A stretch of DNA of 64,000 bases, from positions 372,001 to 436,000 of the forward strand of contig JBODTK010000103.1 of the NCBI GenBank assembly GCA_050613775.1. The letters run 5' to 3'. Made by a program: the position numbers and the translations under genes. The notes below the pieces were generated by a model. It ran no database searches, had not been told where the DNA came from, and saw only the letters and a program-made list of their open reading frames with translations. Source of the DNA: Neocallimastix sp. 'constans' (taxonomy: Eukaryota). Of this stretch, positions 13,489 through 27,210 are shown piece after piece; position 1 is the stretch's first letter; every line of letters begins with the position of its first letter.

Positions 13489-14436
13489 TTAGAACATTGA
13501 AAGTAAAAGTGAACTTAATAAACCTAAACTTATATATGGAAGAAGAGCTACTGATTTAGAAAGAATAGCTGCAGAAGAAGCATTTTGCTTTTCATTATTA
13601 CCTTCAATATCAGCTGCCTTTACAGAAGAAGAGAGGGTGTCGTTACCAGTAACCATTTTATCAGTTGTATTAAGTTTATCAACTTTATCAACATCACCAT
13701 AAGTCTTACCAGATCTGTACATACCCTCTTTGTCACCAAGACATTCAGCTACAGTAACAAAACGGTAACCTTTTTCCTTCATACCACTCTTTTCCATAAT
13801 CCATGGAGCAATTTCACGAACAGTGTAATTTTCAGTATCATGCATAAGAATAAGGTAACTGTCCTTTTCTTTAGCAAATTCCTTCTTTAAGAATTCAATA
13901 GAATCTTCAACTCTTTGTTTTTCGGTACCAGAAGATTCAAGATCCCAATCATTAGTATCAGTATCCCATTGAATAAGACGATAATCCCATTTATCAAGAT
14001 TTCCTTGACATTCCTCTTTACAGTTACCCTTTGGAGCACGGAAGTAACGTGGCTTATCACCAGTAACCTTTTCAATAAAATCATCCATAGTATCTAAAGA
14101 TTTTTTAAATTCTTTCATATCATCTGAAATCTTATGTTCAAAAGTGTGAGAAGCAAGTTGAAAACCATTATCGTGAGCCTTCTTCATAGCATCTTGGAAT
14201 TCTTGAACATCAACAGCAAATGGGTAATGGAATCTACCGACTTGGAAGAAAGTAATTTTATCTTCTGGATGTTTATCAACAAAATAATCAACTAATTCCT
14301 TAGTGTATTCGAATGGTCCATCATCGAAAGTAAGAGCAATAGTCTTTTTTTCAGTACAAGACTTTATGAATTCTGACTTAACATAACCAGATAAGGCTGC
14401 AATTAAAGCTAAATAGGTGAAACTTAAACACTTCAT
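13489..14436 (-). CDS. Secreted CE4 (NodB-homology) polysaccharide/chitin deacetylase, paralog 1, intronless, probable GPI anchor
   Basis: N-terminal signal peptide; motifs TFDDGP, HTFEH, FRAPKG, DTNDW, LMHD, FVTVAECLG; Ser/Ala-rich omega-like site followed by a hydrophobic C-terminus. Confidence 0.93.
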   Translation of the reverse strand: MKCLSFTYLALIAALSGYVKSEFIKSCTEKKTIALTFDDGPFEYTKELVDYFVDKHPEDKITFFQVGRFHYPFAVDVQEFQDAMKKAHDNGFQLASHTFEHKISDDMKEFKKSLDTMDDFIEKVTGDKPRYFRAPKGNCKEECQGNLDKWDYRLIQWDTDTNDWDLESSGTEKQRVEDSIEFLKKEFAKEKDSYLILMHDTENYTVREIAPWIMEKSGMKEKGYRFVTVAECLGDKEGMYRSGKTYGDVDKVDKLNTTDKMVTGNDTLSSSVKAADIEGNNEKQNASSAAILSKSVALLPYISLGLLSSLLLSMF

Positions 14437-14767
14437 TTTTATTTATTTTTTTCTTTTCCAAAAAATATATATATAATATTTTAACTTAATTAATATTAAA
14501 TTGGTTTGATATTTATTTTTTTTTTTTTTTTTTTTTAATAATCTATTGTTATTTTTATAAATTATTTTAATTTTTTTTTTTAAAAAACTTTTGTTTTTAA
14601 TTCTTACAAAAATTGTTTATTTTTTTAAATAAAATTTTTATAACTTTCTAAATTTATTTTATTATTATTTTTTTTTTTTTGCTTTAGCTTTTAATTTTTC
14701 TTTTTTAAAAAGAAAATTTAAATTATTTTATAATTTTTTTTTTTTTTTAATTTTTGATTTTCAGAAG

Positions 14768-14806
<39 letters not shown>

Positions 14807-16836
14807 TTTTTTGGTAATATTTAATTCCTTTTATATGAAGTCAAAATTTAATACTATTATTAATAAATTATTTATCAAGTATATAAAATTATCATATCTG
14901 CTCATGTCAAAATAAAAAAAAAAAAGGTAATCAATAAAAAATTATTATTATGAATTAATTGTTTATATTAAATTAATATTAAAAATATCGTGAAAAACTG
15001 TATAACCGAAAATTATAATAAAAATTAATATATAATAAAAATTTAAATATAAAATATAATTTTAAATATAATTTTAAATATAATTTGAAATATATAAAAT
15101 TTGAAATATATAAAATTTGAAATATATAAATTTAAATATATATTTAAATATATAAAATATATAAAATATAATTTTAAATGAATAATATTAAATATAATAT
15201 AATATGAAAATATAAAATATAAAATATATAATTTTAAATATTATATAATATAAAGTTGGTATTACCTTTAAAGAATTAAAACATTAAAACTACTTTAAAT
15301 GAAATATTAAAATAAATAATCTTTTTTATATATGTATATAGTATTCATAATATACATAATTTACATATAAATTAAATGAAAATAAATATATAAAATAAAA
15401 TAAATTATTTTTTAACTATTAATATTTATTACATTAAATATATTAAATATTACTTTTAATTTAACCATTAAGCAAATTATTAATATTCTAATTAATTATT
15501 ATTAAAAAGCTAGATTCTTATTGTTTATTTATAATTATTTTAAATTTTATTGAATCCTATTAATTAAATATAAATTAAATATTTTTTTTTTTTAGAAGAG
15601 CCTACTAATTACTGGCTATAAAATGATAGATAAATTTAAATGGTAGGAAAAAAAAAATTAAAAATTTTATATACTCAATAAAACTCTATAAAAAATAAAT
15701 TAATTTAAATACACAAATATACTTCTAGATAAACTTGGTTTTCATTGTTCCTTGCTCATCCCTTATTGTCATTGTCTTGTCATTTTGGAGAAAAAGAAGC
15801 TCTTAAAGAATAGAAAAATCCTGTCAATTTTTGTTATTTTATTTTTTTGTTCTTAAAATATAAATATTATTTTTCTTGGACGACGAATTAAACTATGCTA
15901 AAATTATATATTTTAAAATATATTAATTAAAATTATTAATATCTAAATAATAAAATAAAATTTTCTGTATTTAAATATTAAACTATAAATCTTATTAAAA
16001 AAAAAATAAATAAAAGGATATACTATTTATCATTAATATTTATATATCTATAAAATTTTATTTAAATATTTTAAAAAAAATTGGTTTATATTTTTTTTTA
16101 TTGATGAATATTATTACGTAACAAATAAAAAGAAAAAAAGCAAAATATATGAAATTTTATTAATTTTAAATATTATTACATATATAAAAGAAATATAAAG
16201 ATATCAAATATCATTTCTTTAACTTGACTTTTTATATTTTATATTCTAGTCTATACTACACTTTTTTTTTTTTTTTTTTTTTGATTAGCTTTACCAAAAT
16301 AAAAAATAATTAACACAAAGTTTAACTTGTTTTGGTAAATATTTTTAATTAACTAATATAAAAAAAAAACGAAAATTTATTTTATTTTACTTTTTTATTT
16401 TTATTTTTATTTGGAATTGGATTGGAGTAAAAATAAATTAAGCTTTTTATTCAATCATATATTACAATATAAACAATTTAAATGTATTGAATTTAAAATC
16501 ATTAAATATCATATATTATAAATATATATGTTTATATTGAAAATATATTAAACTTAAATTTCATTTATCCTAATTTAAAATAACTCTATATGTAACATAT
16601 AACAAATAACAAATAATTATATAAATTAAATTATAAAACTTGAATAAATAGAAATAAATATATAAATAGAAATAAATATATAAATAGAAATAAATATATA
16701 AATATATATTAGGATAAAATAATTAATAGTAATTACCAAATTAAAAAAATACCTATTTTAAAAGATATATCCATTGAATAAACTATTTGACTCTTTTTTT
16801 TTAAATAAAAAGAAATAATAATAATTTTAATTTATT

Positions 16837-16875
<39 letters not shown>

Positions 16876-18844
16876 TTTTTTTGAAATGTTTTTATTATTT
16901 CATCTTAAATTCATCAAATTATATTTTTATTTTTATTTTTTTTTTTTTGAACTATTAAAACTTTTATTCTACTTTATATAATTAATTTTTATTATTTATT
17001 TAAATTACACAAACAAATCAATAAATATTATAGATAAACCATAATAGATAATATAAGGTATATAGATAGATAGATAAATAAATAGATATAAAAAATAAAT
17101 AAAATAGATGGTTAAATGACAAAAATAGTATGAATGGTTACCATAATATTAGAGTATATATATTACACAGACTAATGATATAATTCCAATAAAAAAAAAA
17201 AAAAAAGAAATTCATAAAGATACAATAAATAAATAAAATAAATCAATAAGAATAGTATATATATTGTTAAATTTGATTTACTATAAATAAAACAGTTGCA
17301 TTATGAATGCTAAAAACCAATAAAGTATTATCAATTATTTCTAAATTAGCAAAATAAAAAAAAATAATAAAAGTATAAACTTTATATTAAACATTACTAT
17401 TAACTTTTTTTTTTCTTCTCTATTTCTCTATTTCTCTTTTTCTCTCTTTCTCTCTATATATATATGTGTGTTTAATGACATAATACATTAAAAATAAATT
17501 ATTAAATAAATCCTAATTAATGATAATAAAACCATTCAATAGATTTAAACAATGTTTGAATTAAAAGTCTTAAATGACACCTATAGAATTAAATAAATTT
17601 AATTCTAAAATTATTTAATATAATTCATCCATATTAATTTGAATAAAGTTTGGACATTAAAGGAAAGTCTTTAAATATTAAATATATCAAATTTATAATA
17701 TTAAAAGAAAAAAAAAATAAAAATAAAAATAAAAAAGATAAAAATAAAAAAAATACAATATAAAAAATCATTTTTTATTTTATATTGTGTTAAAGGTAAA
17801 TTAAATTTTACTATATTTATAATATATCATATATATAGTAAATAATAATACAGTAAATAATAATATATAAAAATCTTTTATATATATGTATTAAAAGCTA
17901 CTTAACAAAACAATTTTAAATAAAAAAAAATTATAAAAATAGTAATAATAATAATAATAATTAAGATTATAAATATATATAAATAAGCTTATACTATAAT
18001 TAAATGAATTTTTTATAAAAATTTTTAATATAGATACTATTAATTTAATTTAATTTATTAATTTAATTTAAATAAAAAAAATTCATTATTTGACAGTCAA
18101 ACTTTAATTATTAATATATTTTATTAATTCCTTTTTCTTGTTATTTTATTATTTTTTATATTTAATAAACTCTGGAACAAAAATCTGTCATTCAATTTTT
18201 TTTTTTTTTTTTTGTAGTCTCTAAAATAAAATAAAAAATAATAAAATATAATTTAATATAATATAATATAATAAAATTAAAATGAATTTGTATATGTATC
18301 ATATAATTTCATATATAAATTATTTATTAAATAAATATTATTAATATAATATAAAATATAAAAAATAAGATATTAATTTACCCAGTTAAACAAATTTTTA
18401 CAATAATTAATATTATAAAAATATAAATATATATATAAATATAATAATAAATAATTTACTATTGTTTAAAAAAAAGAAAAAAATTTATATTGATATATGT
18501 TTATATTCATATATAATTACATATATATATTTATGTATATTAATATATATTAATATAATCAATCAATCAATTATTTTTTAATAACTGGAATAATTATAAA
18601 AAAAAAAAAAAAAATAAAAATAAAAAGAAGTGACGTGACATATTTTATTTTAAAACAAATATATCATTTTCATTGATTTTTTGATTTTGACAGGAAAATA
18701 TGAAATTTTTTATACTTATTTAATAAATAATTGCTACTAATTATTATTTTTAGTATTATTTAAAAATAACAATAACAATAAATAATAAATAAATGGAAAC
18801 CTGTTTGATAATTTATTTTTAATCATTTTTTTATAATGCTATTT

Positions 18845-18882
<38 letters not shown>

Positions 18883-20978
18883 AAGGTCTCATAATAATTA
18901 TTGTTATAGAAATTAATTCAAAAAAAAAAAAAAAAAAGTCAAATTATTGTCAAATATTTACAAGTTATTGTTAATAACAATTTAAATATTCAATTAATTT
19001 TAAATATAATTATTTATTTAAAATTTTCATAATATAATACATAAAAGATGACAGATAAATATTTAAAAAAAAAAAAAGCTGTTTTATTGAATTAATAATA
19101 TTAAATGTCAATTTAAATATAAATGGAGATAAGTGTTACTTTTTTTAAAATATAGACAAGTGTCACTTTGTTTAAAATATAAATATTGATAAATGATAAT
19201 ATATTTAAATATAAAGAATCTTTATAATATATAAAATGGTTATAAATAAAATAAATTAAAAAAAAAATGCATATATATATATATTTTTAGTAATATTTGA
19301 CGGCGATGTAAATGAAAATTTAATAAAAAGTTTAACTTTACTATTATTCAAAAGTTTGTATAACTTTGAAATAGTATTATCTGGTTACTAATAAATTATT
19401 TTAAAATATTTTTGGTAATCTTTTTAATATTCTTTAAAAATTAATATTCAAAAATTTTTAAAAAAGTTAATTAATTATTATTAAAAAAATAATAATAAAT
19501 TATGAATTATGGATAATATTAACAAAATATATTATAAATTGCACTATTAAATATAAAGCATAATTATTATTAATATAAATAGTTACAAATAATAAATATC
19601 AATAACTGTTGTGTAATAATTAATAATAATACTAATAAATAATAATATTTATTATCAAAAAAAAAATATAAATAAAAAATTGAATTATATATATTAGTTT
19701 ATTAATAGTAATTTTTATAAATATAGAAAATTATAAAAAGATTTATATTTATAATAAATTTAAATCAACAGCAGAACTAATAATAGTAATTAAAAAAAAA
19801 AAAAAAAACTATTGATTTATGTATAATTATATAATTATATAATTATAATTATATTCATATAATACTACACTTGATAAATGATTTTTAAAAATTCAACAAT
19901 AAAAGTAAATAAATAATATAATTTTTAAAAATTCAACAATAAAAGTAAATAAATAAATAAAAAATGTATAAGGATGAAAAAATGTATACATTGATTTGTA
20001 CCTAAAAGTATTTAATATATATTTTATATTTACATAAAAAAAAATAGATTATATTAAATTTATATATATTATTATCTATTTTAAAGTTAATTATATTAAA
20101 AATTAATCATTAATAGTACATATTGAAAATTATGTCATAATAAATGAATGGATGAATAAATAAATAAATAAATAAATAAAATGGTTGAAATGATAGATAC
20201 ATGATAATTTACAAAAAATTAAATAACTAAATCTATTGTTTATTTATTGAATTATATAGAATTATTTCTAAATATAAAAAAAAATTATTTCGTTTATTTT
20301 AATTTTATTTAAATTATTATTTAAGAAAAGATATTTTATTATTATAAAATTAAAATACTCAATTTTTTTTTTTATTATTATTATATAGGAAGAATAATGT
20401 ATTATATATATAATTTTTTTTTATATATAATTTTTTTTTTTTAATTACATAGGAAGAATAATGTATTTTATATAGAAATAATAAGTGTTGATGAAGTACG
20501 TTTATTAAATATTACAGTATCTTTAACGTTAAAAATTAAATATATTAAATATATTATTAAATAATTTTTTAAAAATGTATTTAAATTATTTAATAATAAA
20601 ATTAAAATATTATAATGAAGAAACTTTTGATATTCATATGAATTTATTCATTTTTTTCATATGAAATAATTTATAAAATTATAAAATTAAGTCTCTTTTA
20701 ACCTTATTTAATTATTATTATTGATATTTTTTATTATTATTATTATTTATTATTATTATTAATTATTATTAATTATTATTATTAATTATTTTGTTTTAAA
20801 ACAAAAATAAAAAATATTATATTTAAAATAATTAATTAAATAGGAATTAATTAAATTAATGAAAAATAATAATATTATTTTTAATTAATATATTTTGTTA
20901 ATGAAATAACAATTGATATAAGAATAACAATTTAAAAAAAAAAAAATTTAATTAATATAAAAAATTATTCTTTTTTTC

Positions 20979-21010
<32 letters not shown>

Positions 21011-21749
21011 GATGAAGACTAGAATACCTAGAATAACATTTTATTAATAAAAATTTTAAAGTAATATATATAAATTTAATAATAATAATATGTATATTAC
21101 TTGATATATATATATATTTTCCTCCTATTAAATTGTCCCTAAATCTAATGTACTATCAGAGAAGGAACTATATTTCAATAACAAAAATAAAAAAAATAAA
21201 AATAAAAATAATAAATAAATAAATAAGAATAAAAAAAAATTAATTAATACTTTTTTTCATATCTTTTTTTTTTTTTTTAGACTTAAAAGAGAATATGTAC
21301 TTTCATTTGCTTTATTTATTAATTGTTAAAAAATATTAATAAAGTGTATCTATAAATGAAAAATACATTTTAAATATATTTAACAGAAAAAAAAAAAAAA
21401 AAAGTAAAAGGAAAAAAAAAAATTTTAATTCATATATATATTGTATTAAAAAAATTAAAATATTTAAAAGTAAAGTTAAATAAAAAATAAAGTTTATGTA
21501 ATACAATGAGAAATAAAGAAAAATAAAAATAAAATAAAATTAAATAAAAAATAAAGTTTATGTAATACAATGAAAATAAAATAAAAAAAGAAAATTTTAA
21601 AAGTAATTTAGGGACTAACTTAAGTTGGGAATTGAAATTATTTCTACATAGAAAAAAAAAAAATAAAGTAAAAAAAAAAAAAAAAATCTAATAATTATTA
21701 ATTTAAGATTTATTAAAAAAAAAAATTTTTTTTCAAATAATTAAATATT

Positions 21750-22102
21750 CAGTGAGATTAAATGATTGATCACCTTTTTTTATCAGGGCATGGTCAACAA
21801 ATGGGTCAATTTTCTGTAATTTAACTGCGCCTTCTTAGCAAATAATAGTATTGTAACTTCATATATATTCACATCTTTAAAAAACGTAAAATAATAAAAA
21901 AAAAAAAAATTCAACCTAAATCAAAATTAAATCAAAATGAAATTAAATTAAATCATAAACTAAAATTAGTATATTTACAGGTAAAGAGTGAATAAAATTC
22001 CAAAATGAATGAATTTCGATTTATCAATAATTAGTTCCTTTAATAACCTTGTTTTATTTTTTATTGTAATATCCTAGAATGCATATGAATTATATTGGTG
22101 CC

Positions 22103-22146
<44 letters not shown>

Positions 22147-22312
22147 TTTAATTGATTATTAAATTTTTCTTCTATGGTCAAAATTTTTATGAATGAAAGA
22201 TAAATGAAACTAATAACCTACTTCTTTATTTCTTAAACTAAATATAAATGAAACTAATTTATTCATTCTTTTTTTTTATTATTATTATTTCTAAAACCAA
22301 ACTTTTCTGGTC

Positions 22313-22345
<33 letters not shown>

Positions 22346-22557
22346 TATTCATTAAAAAAAAGCCTTGTTTGAAATTCTCTTTTTTAGTGACAAGACAATT
22401 TTTAACAAAAATCTTTAATTCTACATTGTTGAATAAAAATACCTTGGTAATTATTTCAATCTAAAAGATCCTCTCCCCCTTTTCTTAGGAATGAAAACAA
22501 TAAAAAGCCAAATTCCACTTCATTTCATGGAAAAGTCACCATCCCAAATTTTTATTA

Positions 22558-22596
<39 letters not shown>

Positions 22597-22750
22597 CCAG
22601 GAGAAAATTATGAATATTTTAGTATATATTTTAGTGATTAGACGTTGACTAAAAAAATTTTTTTTTCTTTTAAAAAAAAAAAATAAAATTTTCTTATGTT
22701 TAATTAACTAATCATAGGAGTACCTGTATAATAAACATTTTCCCGGTGAA

Positions 22751-22789
<39 letters not shown>

Positions 22790-23039
22790 AGGAAAGTGAA
22801 TATACTTCCAATGCTTTATTAAAATAGATAATTATAGTTTTATGTATTACTTTACGTTAACAGTAGACCTGACCCCTGTGAACTGGTTTAAGAGTTGACC
22901 ACTTAAAATGTCTTCCATTTCCCTCCATTTTCAAATTGTTGCTCATCTAAAAGCTGAAATTCCACTAAAAAAGAATACGTAAATATATTTATTGAAAAAA
23001 TTTTCATATTCTAAAATATTAGAATATATCGGTAATAAG

Positions 23040-23076
<37 letters not shown>

Positions 23077-23829
23077 AGAAATCTTATTTTATCATTGAAT
23101 TATTATAAAAAGGTCATTGATAATATCAAAAAAATTTTTTTGACATCTATATACTAATAAAGGAAGAACAGTCAAATATCTAATGAATGGAACCATTGTT
23201 TCACCTTCTCCACAGCATGGGCCAGACTTTCAGACGACAATTATCAAAAACTCTACCACTTCTGATAGTCATAGTTGTATTGTATTTGAAAACCAGATCT
23301 TCATCTTAAAATCTAGTTAAAAGCCTTTATTAAAGTAGGGATATTCAAGATTGAGCTTAAATAATTCTCTTGTTTCAATATATATATATTTATATTTATA
23401 TTTGTCATAATTTGTACCTTTAATTCCTTGGCATTTACTATTATTTATTTGATCAATAGAATTCAATGACATCTTTATATTTCTTAATATTTTCATCTCT
23501 AATTTGTTTTTCATTAGTGAGAACATGAATTTTTTTTTTTTTTTTGTCCAAGAAAAAAAAGTGACATCTTAGGAATATTCTCTATTAGTTCCTTTATAAT
23601 AATATTTAGAATTTCACCATTTAATAAAGACGCTTATTTGAAGTGAAGCTCAAAAAACCGACAATAGTAAAATTCGGAGATCACATGAAATTATAAATAT
23701 CACTAAGCAGTTGAGTTTCTTTTAACACACAATATTTCTTATGAAGCTTATTGTTGTTAACCCTTAAAAAAAAAATGAATGGTAACTAACCAGAATGTAC
23801 TGATGATGAAGAGTTTTCCTTAAAATAAA

Positions 23830-23867
<38 letters not shown>

Positions 23868-25357
23868 ACTATAACCCGATTTCTTGAAGAAAGAATGATA
23901 TTGTTTTGAATATTGAGTTCGTGTAAACAATAGTATTCCTTTTTTTTTTTTTTTCTAAGTTTCCAAACATAAGTATTCCAATATTCACAAAGATTGAAAA
24001 AAAAATGAAGAAATAGCATTAGGATGTCATATAAAAAAAGTAAAATAAAAAAAAAATCATTTGACATTTAGATGAAGAATAACATCAGAGCAATGTGTTA
24101 TAGATTTATTATACTTTGACTTGGAATTATTTCTGTTTTTAGTTGAATTTTTGTAAATTTTCTAGTTAAATACAGTAAAGGGTTGAAGACTTTTCTGTAT
24201 TAAGAGTAAAAATTCATGAAAATGTAATAAATAGTTAACATATACTTTAATAACAAAAATAAGAACTATAATTTGGTAAAAAAAATATATATATATATAT
24301 ATTTTATCAACATAAAAGAAAATCTTGTCGCTATATATATATATATATATATTTTACTAAAAAAGTCATTAAAGTTGACTAATTAAAAAAAAATTCCCTT
24401 AAAATCATGTAAGAAAATCATAAAAAATTTTTTAAACTTATAACTATTAGTGGAGTTGTTCACTTAAAATGTCCCCGTTTCCTCCAGTATCGAATTGTAG
24501 CTCATCTAAAAGCTGAAATTCCACCAAGAAGGAATATATAAATATACCTGTTTTTGATATTTTCATATTCTAAAAATATTAGAATATGAAAGAAGTAAGG
24601 AAAGATTCCTTTACTTTATTTGCAAATAAATTGATAAGGTCATCGATGAAATCTAAAAAAAAGATTTACATCGACATCAAAGAAAAGGTAGAGCATTCAA
24701 CTATCCAATAAAAAAAAAAAAAAAAAAAAAGATTGGTCACCTTTTCCATAGCAAGAGCAGAATTTAGGACAATCATCAGAAACTCTACCACTTCTAATTG
24801 CAATAGTGTGGTATTATATTTGTTAACCAGCTCTTAATTTTAAAATCCAGTTAAAACCTAAACTTAACTGAAGGTAGTCAAGACTAAGCTAGTATAAATT
24901 TCTAGTATTTATAAATTTGAAGTTATCGTAATTAACAACTTTAATTCCTTGGGAATTTTACCAACATCAGACTAATAGGATTCAATAACATCTTTGAAAT
25001 TTAGCGATATTCTTTTTTCTTAATTTTTTTTGTAGAGTTAATGGAACTTTAATTATTGGAATAAAAAAACTGGAGAAAGAAAATAAGGATTTTTTTTTTT
25101 TTTTTTTTTAACTTTAATATTCATATAAGTGATAATAGACTCAAGGGAAATGATCATTACTGAAGGGGGATACCTAAGTAAATATACACAGATGCTTTAG
25201 GGAAAAGAATACTCATACCAAGGTGAAATGTAGGTTTTCTTCATAAACCAGGATATGAAATAAAATTTAAGGGTTTAAAATAACCATCGTAACACATTTA
25301 TTGATACCAAAAAAAAAAAAAAAAAAACATGACGAAGTTTTTTCATTTTTATTAGAC

Positions 25358-25402
<45 letters not shown>

Positions 25403-25600
25403 ATGACGAAGTAGAGCTTTCATTTTTCTTTCACTAAGCGCTATGAGAACAATATTATCGGCAAAAAGAATCACCATAACATTCTTTTTTTATTACTAAT
25501 TACTTACACCATTTATTTCTTCGATTTAAATGGTACTTACATCAACGGTTTCATCCGGTAATCTCAAATCATTCATACCTTCATTTCTATTTCCATTTTT
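21750..25600 (-). mobile_element. Cluster of decayed LINE-like retrotransposon fragments (at least two 3' ends plus RT remnants)
   Basis: Minus-strand remnants: FNKIWDGDF...IVFIPKK...NNYQGI (~22400-22560), PCCGEGET..H..FDC zinc knuckle (~23170-23225), LFADNIVLIA (FADD-like, ~25440-25470), and YIYLGIP (~25165-25186). 22890-23520 and 24450-25020 are diverged copies of each other and of 11380-11670. Boundaries approximate. Confidence 0.78.
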
Positions 25601-25697
25601 AAATGTTATAAATATATATATTCTAATAATTAAATTAATTATAAATAAATATTTTGTTTTTATAATAATAATAATAATATAAATAAGTTTTTAAAAA

Positions 25698-25735
<38 letters not shown>

Positions 25736-25953
25736 GAGTTAATTTCTGACATTAAAAATTGGTTAGTTAATATCCCATGAATTCACTTATTTTATATAGT
25801 TTCTTATTTATCATTGAAAATAAATCAATAAATCAATAAATCAATAAATTGTTTATTATATTTCATAATAAATAAAACACAACACTTTAAAAAAAACACA
25901 TGTTAAAAAAAAAATACTTTTTTCTTGTTTCGTTTTTTTGTTTTTGTTTTGTG

Positions 25954-25989
<36 letters not shown>

Positions 25990-26439
25990 CTTTTATTTTA
26001 AATTTATATTGTTAAAATATATGAATGTTTTATATATTAGAGAAAAAAAAAAAAAAAAAAAAAAAAAAGTTTTAAAATACAAATTAAAAAAAAAATTTTT
26101 TTTTTCTTTTTTTAATTTTTTTTTTTTAAATCTTTTTAAAAATTTTCCTTTATTATATATTTTTTTCAAGGAAAATTTTTTTTTTTAAAAAAAAAAGGTC
26201 AATTGATTTTAAAAAGTTAAAAATTGATAGAGATAATTAAAATATTTATATATATATATATTTTCTTTCTTTCTTTCTTTTTTTTTTTTTATTTTATTTT
26301 TTTTTAAAAAAAAAAAAAAGAGCGAAAGAAAGAAATTTAATGCTTTTTAAATAATTTGGTTAATTATGAAAATATAAAATAAGTTAATGTACTTCAATGA
26401 GTAATTTATATAATAATATATATTAGATAATTTTATTTC

Positions 26440-26470
<31 letters not shown>

Positions 26471-26523
26471 AAAGAAAGAATAGTATTACAAATATATATT
26501 ATATTCTAATATATATTTTTGTC

Positions 26524-26556
<33 letters not shown>

Positions 26557-26709
26557 TTAATAAGAATAATGTAAAAAAATAATTCAATATTTTTAATAGA
26601 AATGAGATAAGATATAATTGTATATATACAAAACTTTAATTTTTTTTTTTTTTTTTTTTTGTGTGTTGTGTTAATTTAATTAATTAATTTTAATGTTCAC
26701 TTAAATTAT

Positions 26710-26734
26710 TATATTTTTCTAGAAAAAATAAAAA

Positions 26735-26766
<32 letters not shown>

Positions 26767-26960
26767 GAGTTTTGCTTAAATAATAATATAATATTTATGA
26801 TAAAATATTTATGTAATTTAATATTTATGTAATATATTATTTTTTTTTAGAAAAAATAAAAATTACTTTTTTTTTTTTTTTTCTTTTGTTTGCTTAAATA
26901 ATATTATAATATTTATGATAAAATATTTATGTAATTTAATATTTATGTAATATATTATTT
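26710..26960. repeat. Tandem duplication, ~125-130-bp unit x2
   Basis: tagaaaaaataaaaattacttttt...tttgcttaaataata...gataaaatatttatgtaatttaatatttatgtaatatattattttt occurs twice in tandem. Confidence 0.85.
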
Positions 26961-27083
26961 TGATAAATATTTAATTAAATATGAAATATTTTTATTTTAT
27001 ACTTTAAAAATTTTTTGATTTGGTTTCTCTCTTTTTTTTTTTTTTTTTTTTAATTTTTAATAATAATAGATAGATAGGTTTGT

Positions 27084-27117
<34 letters not shown>

Positions 27118-27210
27118 ATGTATAAATAATTTCACTTTTAATAATAAAAATAAAAATAAAATTTTTATTTTTTAAATTTTTTTAATTCAATTATTTTTTG
27201 TATTTATTTT

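Noticed and set aside
13585..14097. Antisense and alternate-frame ORFs over the CE4 genes (also 27304-27842, 44672-45355) and over gag/pol and the 7TM gene
   Set aside because: Shadows of real coding sequence with biased codon usage; no independent motifs.
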